Source of the DNA: Reclinomonas americana ATCC 50394
Lineage: Eukaryota
Direction: 5' to 3'
Assembly (NCBI GenBank): GCA_048213135.1
Contig: PS015071.1
Coordinates: forward strand, 186,555 to 231,570
DNA: 45,016 bases
Part shown: piece by piece, positions 12,301 to 26,183 of the stretch
Numbering within the stretch: the stretch's first letter is position 1
How the letters are laid out: each line of letters starts with the position of its first letter
Translations under genes and position numbers: made by a program
Notes under the pieces: generated by a model
Seen by the model: only the letters and a program-made list of their open reading frames with translations
Told to the model about the DNA's origin: nothing
Databases searched by the model: none

Positions 12301-15300
12301 CATCAGTGTCTAGTGGGTTGCAAAAGATAGTGACGCTGGACACGAGTTTCCTTCCACGTGGCTACTATGCTGTCTGGTCAGCCAAATATCGCAGCCGTGT
12401 TTGTTATCTGATGTGTCTCTGCTCACCAATCGTGCCCAACAGCTACCACTTTGTGGGTGCACTCGGGTACCCGTACGTCATGGTCCCGACTTCGGCTCTC
12501 GTAGTCGGTATGCAAACAGCTTCCTTTCCGTATTTGGAAAACACTGCGGCTTATGTTCGCTCACCGTGCTTACGCAATCAGTGTCGAGTGCCGATGCTTT
12601 CACTCCTTCCACCATTACTGGCCAGCTGGCTGGCGCGCTGCTGACTGTTACCGGTCACGGTCTGTTGGCATCGGATAATGTGCAGCTGATGCCATCTGGA
12701 ACGTGTTCGGGGGCGACGGCCTATCGTCTTGCAGCGCAGTCGTTTGGTGGAGTGGCGTCGGCTCGTGAGGTCGTCGTGGCGACGACTGCGGAGAACTCTG
12801 TGCCTGTTGGATCGTTTTATGTGTGGTGAGTGGGGAGGGGAAGGGAAGGGGGTGAAGGAAAGGGAAGGGGGGCGAAGGGAAGGGGGGAGGAGAAGGGAAG
12901 GGGTGAAGGGAAGGGAGGAAGGAAGGGCAAGGAGGGAAGGGAGGTGAGGGGAGGAGACGGGAGGGGACGGTAAGGGAGGAGACGGGAGGTGAAAGGAAGA
13001 GAAGAAGAAGGGAAGAAAGGAGAGGAGAAGGAGGAGAAGGGAAGAGAGGAAAAGAGGAGAATGTGTGAGTGGGGGTAAGAGAGGAAAGATGAGAGGAGAT
13101 AAAGGAACGTAAGAGAAAGGAGAGGGGAAGAGCGGAGAGAAGAGAGGAAGTGAGAGGTGAGATGGAGTGAATAAGAACTGGGACCGATGAGAATGTGTGG
13201 TTGCTTCCTTGTGCGACAGGTTGTCCAGTGTGACTGTGTGTGTAAATGTGAGTTAGTGAGCGAGGGCGAGAGAGTGAGACCAGCTCAGCTGGCGGAGATA
13301 AAGAGGAGGTGAAGGGAGGCGGAATGGGGAAGCAACGGTGAAAAGAATGAGTGAGTTGTGAGATGCGTTATGTGGCCAGAGAGACACTGTGGATGAAAGC
13401 ATGTATGTTGAGCGAGATGCACGAGATTACATTAGAATGGAGCCCCGTATTGCAGAGGATAGTGGATGGACTTTGTAGACTGGAGACATTTACATCGACT
13501 GAATGAGCATTTCTGGTCGTTGTCAGTGGTTTCTTTGTATATTTTATTGTCGAATCGCGTCAAAAGCTCGTTTTCTTTCCGGTTACTCTCTGCGAGAAGC
13601 GAGCTTGAGTCAGTGTGAATGTATTCCTTTCACTCACAATGTGTATTACAGCATTCAATTTGGTGGCGTTGGATCGTTTACAGCCGTCACCGGTGGCCAA
13701 CTTACCGTCTGTGAGTACGAGTGGAGAGTGGAGAGATCAAAATGAGTTGCTCATGTGCTTGTGTTTTCGGCAGTGCCATTGCCAACATTTTCGATTCCGA
13801 CGTCTGGCTCATCCTACACGGTGACAATCGGCAACACGACCACTATTGGTACGGTCACCCAGCATGTCATGCTCACATCCATCATCCTTCTCATACTCCT
13901 GCATCTGTCTGTAGTCACTGGTGCAACAACAACCAGCACAATCGGTCTTCGCGTCGGTTTGTCTGGACAAGTGGTGGTGCTGACGGTGCCAGTGGCCTCG
14001 TTCCCCTTTGCCACGCCGTCATTTACACTGTTCAAGAACGCCGACTGCCGCGGGAATGTGGCCACCATCATCAGCGGCTTCAACATCGCATCTGATGGCA
14101 CGACCTATACCATCACATTCACATTCGACACGACTGAGGTGCCGACACCAGCGAAGCAGCAGTTGTGCCTGTCATCCACTGACCTGACGGGTTACTTTAG
14201 CATGGCAGTTGTCTCCATTTGTTGCGTGCCTGCTGCAGATGTTATGCTGTCAAGTGTGCAGCATCTCATTCTAACGAGGTGAATATGCAGATCGTGTCAA
14301 GGGCACTTCCGCGCCTTCTGTAACGCAGGGCATCAAGTCGCAAACTGTTGTCCTGTCGGGCGGCGACTTCCCGTTGCTGGCTGCAAGCGCTGCCAGTGGC
14401 AGTAATCCAGTCACACCTGGAGGCACGCCACTGGCATTCTTCCTGTCACTCGCCACCGACTGTTCGTCGATGGACTTGCGGGCGACTGCCTTTGTGGTCA
14501 CTGCGGTGTCGCCGACGCGTATTACGGCCACGGTCTCCACTATTTCTGCGGTCTCTCTCGCCTCGTGTACGCTGGATCCGCCTGGCACGTATCAGATTTG
14601 TGGTCGGTGTGTTACGGAGGGAAAGAGGGAAGAGAGGGGGGAGAAAGAGAGAGGAAGGAGGGGGAGGGGGAGATGGGGAAAGGGAGGAACGACGGTGAAG
14701 AAAGAGAGACAGGGGAGAGAGNNNNNNNNNNNNNNNNNNNNGAGAGTACCGTTGAGAGAGACATGTGAGCGAGGGGAAATGGTGAAAGAGAAAGGGCGTG
14801 AGAGTGGATGGTGTGGGGCAGAAAGAACAAAGCAGTGGGTGCCGGGAGGAGAGATGAAGGAAAGCGGGAGAGGCAGGTGAGCCACAAAGTAGATCTTCTG
14901 TATGTGCGAGAGAAATGGGAGGATGTGAATGAGAGGGCAGTTGCGAGAGGCAAGAGGGCTGAGGAGCAATAGGGAAAGTGAGTGAGAGGCTGCAGTAGAG
15001 CGTCTGCATGCGCGAGAGATATGCAAGGATGTGAATGAGAGGGCGGCTGCGAGAGGCAAGAGAGCTGAGGAGTAATAGGGAAAATGATTTAGGGGCTGCA
15101 GGTGAGCCACGTATGTGCGAGAGATACGCGAGGATTTGAATGAGAGGGAAGCTGTGAGAGGCAAGAGGGCTGACAAGCAATAGGATAAGTGAATGAGAGG
15201 CTGCAGGTGAGCCACGTTTGTGCGAGAGATACGCGAGGATGTGAATGAGAGGGCGGCTGCGAGAGGCGAGAGGGCTGAGGAACAGTAGAAAAATGAGAAT

Positions 15301-18300
15301 GAGAGGCTGTATGCGCGAATGAGTCGGACTTTTGTCATTCTCTTTCATGTTCAACGAGAAAAGTGGAAGGATGAGAGAGAGAATGCGACGGATCTAATGA
15401 TGTTTCACCACCATCGACTATTCCGCTGACGACATATCTGCGAACAGCTTCCAAGACGGCTCGTATGTGCCTCTCGGTGTGACATTGACCATCACGACCG
15501 TCACCGATCCCGATGTCGGCTTCATTTCTCCGACTTCGTTGCCTCTCGGTGTGCCAACTACGCTGGTGTTGCATTCGCCTTCGCGTACGCTGTCGAGTTG
15601 TACTCGTTTCAAGGTCGTCGACGCTGGATCCGACTGCAATGGACCGGCTTCGGGTGAGTGCTGAGAATGAGAAGATTCTGCGCGGGCGGTGGTTGGAGGA
15701 GATCTTTACTCACCCTCTTTGTCGTCAGCGGCCCTTGCGCTTACGGCCTTCCAAGACGGCGTCTTTGATGCGTCGTCATGCTTCTATGGATCTGTTGCTG
15801 GCGGCTGTGGACAGTTCAAGGTGCAGCTCACGAGCTCTAAGGCGGTGTATGCCACATTCTGTGTGGCAACCACTCCAGGGGCGACGTACAAGGCGGTGTC
15901 GAATAGCGACATTCGTGTTACCTCGGGTATGCTGGTGCAGACGTCGTCGGTGGTGGCCAACCAGGCGGGGACAATCGTTGCGTGGTGAAGAGGGAAGGCG
16001 GGTGAAGAGGGAAGGGAGTTGAAGAGGGAAAGGGGGTGAAGAGGGAAGGGGGAAAAGAGGGAAGGGGGAAAGAGGGAAGGGGTAAAGAGGGAAGGGATGT
16101 GAAGAGGGAAGGGAGGTGAAGAGGGAAAGGGGGAAATTGGGAAGGAGGAATAGAGGGAATGAGAGGAGGGAGTTTCGACAAGGAGTAGGGAACTGATAAT
16201 GGACGATGTGGAAGCATGTGAGACGAGGAGAAGGGAGGTAAAGAGGGAAGGGGGAGGGAGGGAAGTGAGGCAAGGAGAAGGGGGGTTTTGAAGGCATTTT
16301 TGTGGAAGGGACAAAGGGTGGAAGTGTGTTGATGAGAAAGCAAGGGAGAGAGAAACAGACTGAAGAATGTCTGTTGAGGCAAGAGAGGAAAAGGCAGAAG
16401 GGAGAAAGGGAATAGATAAGCTTTGGAAGTGTGTGGATGGGAACGCGTTGGGGAGAGTAACAAAGAGAAGTGTGTCTGTGGAGTGTTTGTGGCGCAAGAG
16501 AGGACCGTCAGGGGATGAATAGGTTGTGGTATTGTGTATATGTGGATTGAAGCGGTTGAGAGAATGACAGTGCCAAGAATGGAAAGGAGAACGAGGGCAA
16601 GGAGACGGATAGGTTGCGGCAGTGAGTGTGTTGATGGAGATGTGAAGGAGAGAGAAATGGATAGAAGTGTGCCCAAGGAGATTGGATGGCAAGAGAGGAT
16701 CGTCAGAGGGGGGAGGGAAAGGATGGGTCGTGGTCGACAGTGTGTGGATGGATGCAAGGAAGAGAGAACCAAAGAGAAGTGAGGTCTAGGAGATTGCGTG
16801 TGGCATGCGAAGAAATGCAGAGGGGGGAGGATACCGTGTGGATGGATGCAAGGGAGAGGAGAATAATGTCTGTGGAAATATGTGTGTGTGACAGAGAGAA
16901 TCGACAGAGGAGGGATGGAACGGATTGGTTGCGGCTGAGGGTGTGCAAATGGGAATGCATTGGAGAGAGAAACAAAGAGGAGAATGTCTTNNNNNNNNNN
17001 NNNNNNNNNNCGGAGGCTGCTTGTGTATGTGGCAAGGGAGGATCATCAGACGTGGGAAGGGAAATGATACCTTGTGGCAGTGTGGATGAGAATGCATTGG
17101 CGAGATAGTAACAGTAAGAAGTGTGGCGTGGAGGCAGTGCGTGTGGTAAGAGAGGATCGTCAGAGGTGGGAAGGGAATGGATACCTTGTGGCAGTGTGGA
17201 TGAGAATGCATTGGCGAGATAGTAACAGTAAGAAGTGTGCCGTGGAGGCTGTGTGTGTGTGTGGCAAGTCAGAGGGGGAAAGAGATAGAATAGGTTGTGG
17301 TAGTGTGTGGANNNNNNNNNNNNNNNNNNNNNNNNNNNNNNNNNNNNNNNNNNNNNNNNNNNNNNNNNNNNNNNNNNNNNNNNNNNNNNNNNNNNNNNNN
17401 NNNNNNNNNNNNNNNNNNNNNNNNNNNNNNNNNNNNNNGTGGATGCCATTGAGAGGGTTACAAAGCGAGCATTGTCAATGGAGGTTGCTTCTGTATGCGA
17501 GAGAGAGGTTGGAGGGAGAAGAAAGGAAGGACAGTTTGTCAACATTTGTGGTATTGTGTGACGACGGTAAGAAGGAGAGAGTGAGATAGGAGAAGTGCAT
17601 CGGTGGAGATTGTTCTTGTCTGCGGGGAGGAAAAGATTATGTGTTCCCATGTGTGATGTGAATGCACCGCATGAGGACGGGTTGTGGGTGACAGGAGTGG
17701 AAGACTTGAGGAGGGGAAGTGGCTGAGACTTTTGGGAGTGTGTGCTTGGGAATTCAACAGATGAGTGACATAGAGGATTGAAAGTCAACTCTGCGTGCGA
17801 GGAGAGGAGGTGGGGGACAGAAAGGAAATGTTGAGGTGTTGTTGATGAGATAAACAGCTACATGTGAGTGAGTCAGAGAGTTTATGTGTGAAACAGAGAG
17901 GAGTGACAGAGGAGCGGGTTGGATAGCATGACATTTTCGATCGCATGGTGTCCACGCCATACCTGCTGACGATTGCTTCTTGATTGTGCGGCAGATGAGC
18001 ACTGGCACTGGCACTCGCTCCGTGGAGATCACGCACCGCTTTGTGCAATCGTTCCCGGCGATTCCCACTGTGCTCTTTGGCATCTCCGCTCTCTCCAATA
18101 CGATTGAGGGCGACACTGACATTCGCTGCGCGCGGCCGTCGGTCACCAAGTTTATGCTGACGGTGCAATGCTCGGCACTCGGCACTGCGCAGTTCGACTC
18201 GCTCATTACCAGTTTCGTGAGATCGACTTCTTTTTCGTGCACACTTGCATGAAACTCACGACCTGCGTGGCAGATTTCATCGCCATGTACGCGGACCCTG

Positions 18301-19094
18301 CCGCGACGTACACACACGACAACGAATTGCCGCGTCAGAAAGCTGCCAATGAGTGGCTGAGCCTGGCCACCGACAAGAATTTCACCACGGTTTGTTGATG
18401 CAAGCAGACCTGTACATGGTCCCTGAACTCATTTGTCGCAACCACGCGGCTGTGTGTGCAGGAGGTGGTGAATGCCCATGCTTTCGGGTTTGATGAGATT
18501 CCGTCGATTGCGCTGGCGCTGACGGGTGTGCGGTCCATTCGACTCGATCCGAGTGGCACGGCACGCAGCGATAACTTTGAGGTGGCTGTCGGTGAGGCGG
18601 CCGCTGCCACGTCGCAGGTGTTGATGACGGTGCGCGGCGATAGTCGCGTGCAGGCGCTGGAGCTGCGTTCCATGCTGGTGGGATCGCGGCTTGTTCCGCG
18701 TGACAATTCCAGTGGCTACGTGATGGTGTCGGGCGGTGAGTTTGTCTGCGAAGATTTACCGGCAGTTGTGCACGATTACTGACATGGATCACCGACATGT
18801 TGCACAGAGAGCACGCTGGTGGGCAACACACCGGTGGTGGTCACCCTCATCAGCCGTCAGTCAACCCGCGGGTTGAAACAGACTGATTTCCACACCGCCG
18901 CATTCTTGCGCGGATGGAAGACGACCGGCACGGGTGCATCGCAGGTCAATCCGTCGATTCTACCGACAGATGTGGTTCCATCTCAAGGCAGCGCGTCGAG
19001 TGGAGCGTACGGGCAGCTGACGGTGACGGCGAGTAGTGGGGGAGGTGTGGAGGAGACGTATGTGACGTGGGTGGCGATTGGCATCCCGGCGTGA
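1..19094 (+). CDS. Giant multi-exon modular extracellular/adhesion-like protein (5' truncated): tandem Cys-containing Ig/IPT-like repeats, two FN3-like domains with inserted NHL beta-propellers, C-terminal H-type-lectin-like repeats
   Basis: About 50 GT-AG introns join in-frame exons. The recurrent ~105-aa repeat is (S)FSPSSITAETSGxxVTVTGxGLxxxDxVxLxxGxxCxG...AGSYxVC|Y. NHL motifs include FNQPAGLALD, LYVAD/LYIGE and NxxIR. The last exon ends VTWVAIGIPA-TGA at 19094. N gaps interrupt the model, so continuity as one gene is inferred. Confidence 0.75.
7435..7504. repeat. (TG)n microsatellite
   Basis: Perfect TG run close to a gap. Confidence 0.95.
8183..8253. repeat. (TG)n microsatellite directly before a CAG acceptor
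   Basis: Perfect TG run followed by cag|tggcttcgg. Confidence 0.95.
8256..9240 (+). repeat. Intragenic duplicate of 1-~900 (and partly of 1003-1390), including introns
   Basis: Exon and intron text is near-identical, e.g. ggaacaagcgtgacgagctt...gattggaagacatgcatgtgtgcaacgagc occurs at both ~395-680 and ~8701-8985. Confidence 0.9.
14900..15310. repeat. Intronic minisatellite, ~105-bp unit, about 4 copies
   Basis: gat(g/t)tgaatgagaggg recurs at 14922, 15028, 15133 and 15238. Confidence 0.85.
17031..17270. repeat. Intronic direct repeat, ~114-bp unit, 2 copies, with degenerate relatives upstream
   Basis: ataccttgtggcagtgtggatgagaatgcattggcgagatagtaacagtaagaagtgtg occurs at 17067 and 17181. 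Confidence 0.85.
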
Positions 19095-19370
19095 GAGAGG
19101 AGAAGGGAGGGGTTTGTGGTCAAGGGGAAGTAGGTGGTGAATACGCAGGAAAGGAATGAAAACAGAGAGCGTATGGGGCAAGTGGGTGTGGAGGGAAGGG
19201 AGGGCAAGGAGGAAGGGAGGGGGAAGGGAGGGGGAAGGGAGGGGAGAAGGGAGGGGGAAGAGCAAGGGGGAAGAGCAAGGGGAAGGGAGGGGAAAGAGAG
19301 AGAGAGAAAGAGAGAGAGACTGAGAGAGAGACTGTGTGTGTGTGAGAGAGAGAGAGAGTGAAGAGAGTGA

Positions 19371-19403
<33 letters not shown>

Positions 19404-20577
19404 CNNNNNNNNNNNNNNNNNNNNNNNNNNNNNNNNNNNNNNNNNNNNNNNNNNNNNNNNNNNNNNNNNNNNNNNNNNNNNNNNNNNNNNNNNNNNNNNN
19501 NNNNNNNNNNNNNNNNNNNNNNNNNNNNNNNNNNNNNNNNNNNNNNNNNNNNNNNNNNNNNNNNNNNNNNNNNNNNNNNNNNNNNNNNNNNNNNNNNNNN
19601 NNNNNNNNNNNNNNNNNNNNNNNNNNNNNNNNNNNNNNNNNNNNNNNNNNNNNNNNNNNNNNNNNNNNNNNNNNNNNNNNNNNNNNNNNNNNNNNNNNNN
19701 NNNNNNNNNNNNNNNNNNNNNNNNNNNNNNNNNNNNNNNNNNNNNNNNNNNNNNNNNNNNNNNNNNNNNNNNNNNNNNNNNNNNNNNNNNNAGATTCGAG
19801 GTGGTAGCAGGTGAGCTTCGCGCACAGAAACGAAACGAAAAAAGAGTTGACAACGGTGAGTGCACGCGACTCGGCTATTTCTCGGAGCTGACCTCGCGCA
19901 GAAATGGATCAGTGTGTGAGGATGCCGAATCGACCGACTGGCCTGCGAATGAAAATGCAATGGAAATGTGGGGCCTCGTTCGAGCTGTGCTCGTGGCTCG
20001 GATTCGACCGGACAGCAGCGAATCGGTGGCACATTGTGTGAGCATGAGCGCGGTTCGTTTCGAAGGGGCGATCAGCGTTTTGTCGCGAAGTCGACGGTCA
20101 GCGGCCGGTTTTGGCTTCGATATTCGAGGTAAGTTGGCAATCGACGGTATCGGTGATCGAAGGGAAGCACATGAGAACCCGTTGCTGGCGGAGCTGCATC
20201 TGGCGATCGGATCAGGACTGCTGTGCAATTCGATTTCGATCGGATCGACATCAACAATCGAATATAATATCGCGATCGGACGCCGGAAAGGTCCGCACTG
20301 GGCGCCAACGAAGTGCATGTTCAACGAACCGGAGCACTTCTGCAGCTGGACCGGTGGCGCATCGAATGCGACCGCAAAACAAGCCCGATTATCGAACTGC
20401 GCACAATATCGGACCGATCGCGACGTCCCTGCCTTTCTCCTTCCTCTCCCTGTCATCCGCACGCCTCACCTTCTACCACCCATACACCGGGCGCTTCACC
20501 GGCGCGTTGCAGCAAAAAGCCCGTCCAAAAGGACAACTCACTTCAAAATCATGCACACGTGAGAGCGATCAAAAAAC

Positions 20578-22059
20578 ATGCACGAAGACGACGACGACGA
20601 CGACGATGCTGCTGCTCATCGCCTCAGTGGCCCAGTGCTGCCACGCTACAGCCTCTATGACGCCGTCCCCTCCCTCGATTTGCACGTGGAGCCTGGCGAC
20701 GAGCGTGTGGGGCACGATCTCGCTCGTCGTGTGCGCAATCGCTGGCGTGTTCGTGCGGCCATCGAGCATGGTGCCACTGGAGAGCAGCATGCACTGCATG
20801 TGGACCAGGCCGCTCGTGTGTTGCGCCACACCATGCGTGCATTGCGTCGTGGTCATCTTCCACCACCACCGCCAAATGCATCGTCGTTGTTGCCGCTGCG
20901 AGTGTTTCGCGAGTGGGAAAAGGCGCTCGGCGGTGGTGACGTTGATGTGGAGCAACTGGAGGAGGCCGAGTGGGTGCGGCGAGAGACAATGGAGCGGTTG
21001 GCCTCGGAGCCCTTGTTGCATGTGGAGTCGGCAGAGCTGCAGAATGGCGAGTCTGCAGCGGCGGCTCTGCGCGACAGCATGCAAGCGCAGCTGGTGGGCG
21101 AGACCGAGACGATGCGGCTGAATGACGACCTGTTGCGGGCGGCTGTCGTGCATCAGCTGCGCGAAGACGACGCACAACGAGAGCACTTGGAGGAGGAACA
21201 GCAGCAGCACGAGGCCGATCGTCGCGAGGCGTGGCTGGTGTTTGTGCGTGGCGCGCACTTGGAGCTGGTGGCGTGGGTGCGTGCCGGCGAGTGTCGAACT
21301 GCCTTCCAACGCTGCTGACCTCTTCTTTTCTCTGCACGCACAGTTTCTGTCACGAGGCGCTCGAGCAATGCGCCCAGCTGCGGCAATCCCGCCGGCGTTT
21401 CACCCGATGCCTCTGGAGGTGGAAGACTTTCTGTGTCGCCACTACTTTTGTCCGTGGCTGGCATCGACGCAGCAGCAGCAGCAGCAGCGGCTACTCCTGC
21501 CGTGGCGTGTTCACGAGGTGGAGTACTTGCGATCGCTTCCGCGTGGACGTGTGGCTGCAGTGGTGGTGCGCTGCGTGCAAGCACACTTGCTCTCCAAGTA
21601 CCTTGGCTCACCCTGTTTGTGCGCAGCGCGAGTATCAGCGCCTGCTCAGCGATCCGCCAACAAGAGTGCGTGCACTGCGGCGCGCGGTGCTCAACATCAG
21701 CACTGTTCAGTCGTCGAGCTCCCCTGTGCCTTTGGTGGACGCATCGAGGGCGCCGCCGTCGGCTCGCAATCGAGCACACGCACTGCAGCTGGCGTTGCTG
21801 GAACACGCACTAAAGGCACCGCAGCGATTCTACGACACCGAGCGGGAAAAGTACCTCGGTGATGCGGCCAGGTACTTAGTGCAATTCTTTTCCACACATA
21901 TCTCTCGCTCACTCCAGCGCTGCATCTTTGCAGACGCGGATCCGAATACGTGGAGCGCCGCAAGGCGGCCATGCAAGCGGCACAGCGGCAGGCGCTGCGT
22001 CGCAAAGTTTACGCGATCGCCGATGAACTCAGTCGACGCCTTCAATCATCGTCATCGGT

Positions 22060-22069
<10 letters not shown>
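20578..22069 (+). CDS. Hypothetical helical/coiled-coil protein, 4 exons
   Basis: ATG at 20578 (MHEDDDDDD...). Three GT-AG introns (~21277-21342, ~21567-21626, 21872-21933) link ORFs into one frame ending ...ELSRRLQSSSSVHS-TAG at 22069. No family recognised. Confidence 0.6.
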
Positions 22070-23947
<1,878 letters not shown>

Positions 23948-24032
23948 CTCTCTCACACACACACAAAGACAAGCAAGAGTTTTGAGAGTGTGAAAACTCC
24001 GTTCATCGGAGCTTCCGTCGTTCTTTACTTTC

Positions 24033-26140
24033 ATGTTACTGCGAGCGCTGCTGCTGCAGAGGCGACGACTGAGCACGTCGACTGTGCGTGCACCAGTGTC
24101 GCATGTGCGAGTGTTGGCGTTTGGAGTCAATGATTTCAGTCAGGTGCGGAGAGCTCTTGCAGTTGTGCATGCTTGCTGCTAGCGCTCCTGCTGTGCTGCA
24201 TGTCACTTGTCGCACTTGTCTCCTGTCCTTCTCCTTCACGCCTTTCTTGCTTTATCCGTTGCTGCTTCTTATCGCCATTGCCTATTCCTTGACTTGTCAG
24301 CCACTTGCCACACTTGTCTTTCTTCTGTTCTTGTGTCTCTCTATTCCGCTGCTGCTGTTCCCCATTGTAGTGCCACTGCCAGCCACGCAGTTCACCATCT
24401 CCATTGTTTGTTTTTCGAACGATTGCCACTTGTTTCATGCAACATAACACTTGTCCTTTTCTTGTCACGATCTCACTCCTTTGCGTCTTTGCGCCAGCTC
24501 GGCATCGACAACCCCAGCCCGCAATGCTCGACTCCCGAGCTGATGCAGCCGCCGCACCTGTGGAGCGACGATGAGCAGGATGCAGTGTTTCGCACGCTGG
24601 TGTGCGGTCACTACCACTCGCTGGCGCTGACGAATCGCTCGCTGTGGGGCTGGGGTGCGAATGTCGACGGACAGCTGGGCATGGAGGAGTCGCGGGGAAG
24701 TTGCGGCGAGGATTCGGTGTTGTTTATCCCCCACAGCCACACTGCCGCTGTCGTATATTCACTGCATGCACAGTGTCGGTCAAATCGCCAACACGCGTCA
24801 CCAATGGCATTGGTAATAACGTGTGCACTTGTCGGCGCAGCTGTGTTCTTTGTCGATCCTCATCTCCTCGACACAGATGCCTCAAAAGTGGCGGTGGTGG
24901 CCGCCGGTCGCTTCCACTCGGTGGTGGTCATGGATGGCGGTCGCTCGGTGTACACGTTGGGTCGGTGGCACTCCGAGGGCATTCCACACCTTGGCGCTCC
25001 GATGAGTGACGACATTAGGAATCCGCCTCCACCAGCTCCTCTACCGGCAGCCGAAGGCAAGTCGCGGCGACGGGGCTGCGGTGGCGGCGGAAATGCACAG
25101 GGTGGTGTGTACTTTCGTGACACCCTTCCTTCCGCCTGCTCATCGCTCACCTTCCTTCCTTCACTAGGTCGCACCATTACCAATCCAGCCACCTGCGTGC
25201 CACAGCAGCTCTCACTACCAGAAGATGCCGCTCCTGTGCGGTCGGTGGCCTGCGGTTGGGGCCACACGCTGATGGTGACCGAGCTTGGACAGTTGGTGGC
25301 GTTCGGGTCCAACCGCGAGGGTCAGTTGGCCATGAGTGACGCACATCTGTTCGAACCCGAGCTGGTGCCGGTGCCGAATTGCGTTGTTTCCGTCAGCGCC
25401 GGCCTCGACCACTCGGCAGTTGTCACCGACAAGGGCGAGCTGTACGTCACCGGCCTCAACTCGCAAGGCCAGTTGGGTGTCGGTGATTTTCAGCAACGCC
25501 GTGCCTGGACGAAAGTCAATGTGCCAGAACCTGTGACGGTGAGCTCCAGGGGAGTGCCTGATGATAATGGCAGCTGTCTCCGCGATGCTCACTCTGCTGA
25601 GATGCGCAGATGGTTTCCTGTGGCTGGTCACATACACTGGCGCTCGGAGGTACGTACGTTCAACACATTTGTCAGAGAGGGGGTCTTTGCTCACCCACCG
25701 CACAGCGAGTGGTGCGTGTTATGCTGCCGGCTGGAATGAGGGACAACTGGGGTTCCCGTGTGACACTCGCGAGAGTGAGACCATGCGACAGTGTTCGCCA
25801 CTTGGCGACGGAGAGCGCGCCGTCAAGATTGCCGCCGCTCGCGTGCATTCCATTGCGCTGACAGGTGGGCAAAAAGGATGAGAATGTTCCACTCTGCGCC
25901 TTTCCACTCACGCGCTGCACCACAGACTCGGGCCGCGTGTACATTTGGGGCCACGGACGACACGGCCGACTGGGTCTCGGCGACCCAACCCCGTACCCCG
26001 AGCCGGAACTCCTCGATCTGCAGTCGGTGCTCTCCGACGAGGCCATGGAGGAGCTCCGCGACTACGCCTGCGTGGATGTGGCGTGCGGTCTCGACCACAC
26101 GTTCCTGGTCATGCAGCGAAAGACGTCGCCACTCGCCTAA
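24033..26140 (+). CDS. RCC1-repeat beta-propeller protein with a likely mitochondrial targeting presequence
   Basis: N-terminus MLLRALLLQRRRLSTSTVRA. RCC1 repeats include CGHYHSLAL..WGWGANVDGQLG, ACGWGHTL..FGSNREGQL, SAGLDHS..TGLNSQGQLG and IWGHGRHGRLGLG. Six introns; stop TAA at 26140. Confidence 0.85.
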
Positions 26141-26183
26141 TTTTACAGCAACCATGTAACAAACAATATTTGTACACTCTTGG

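Noticed and set aside
14900-17270. Regular direct repeats as a possible CRISPR array or LTRs
   Set aside because: They are tandem units without unique spacers, lie in eukaryotic introns, and have no cas or transposon genes nearby.
14446-17788. Long Ser/Leu/Pro-rich minus-strand ORFs
   Set aside because: These are antisense translations of purine-rich intronic repeats, and some are extended through N gaps.
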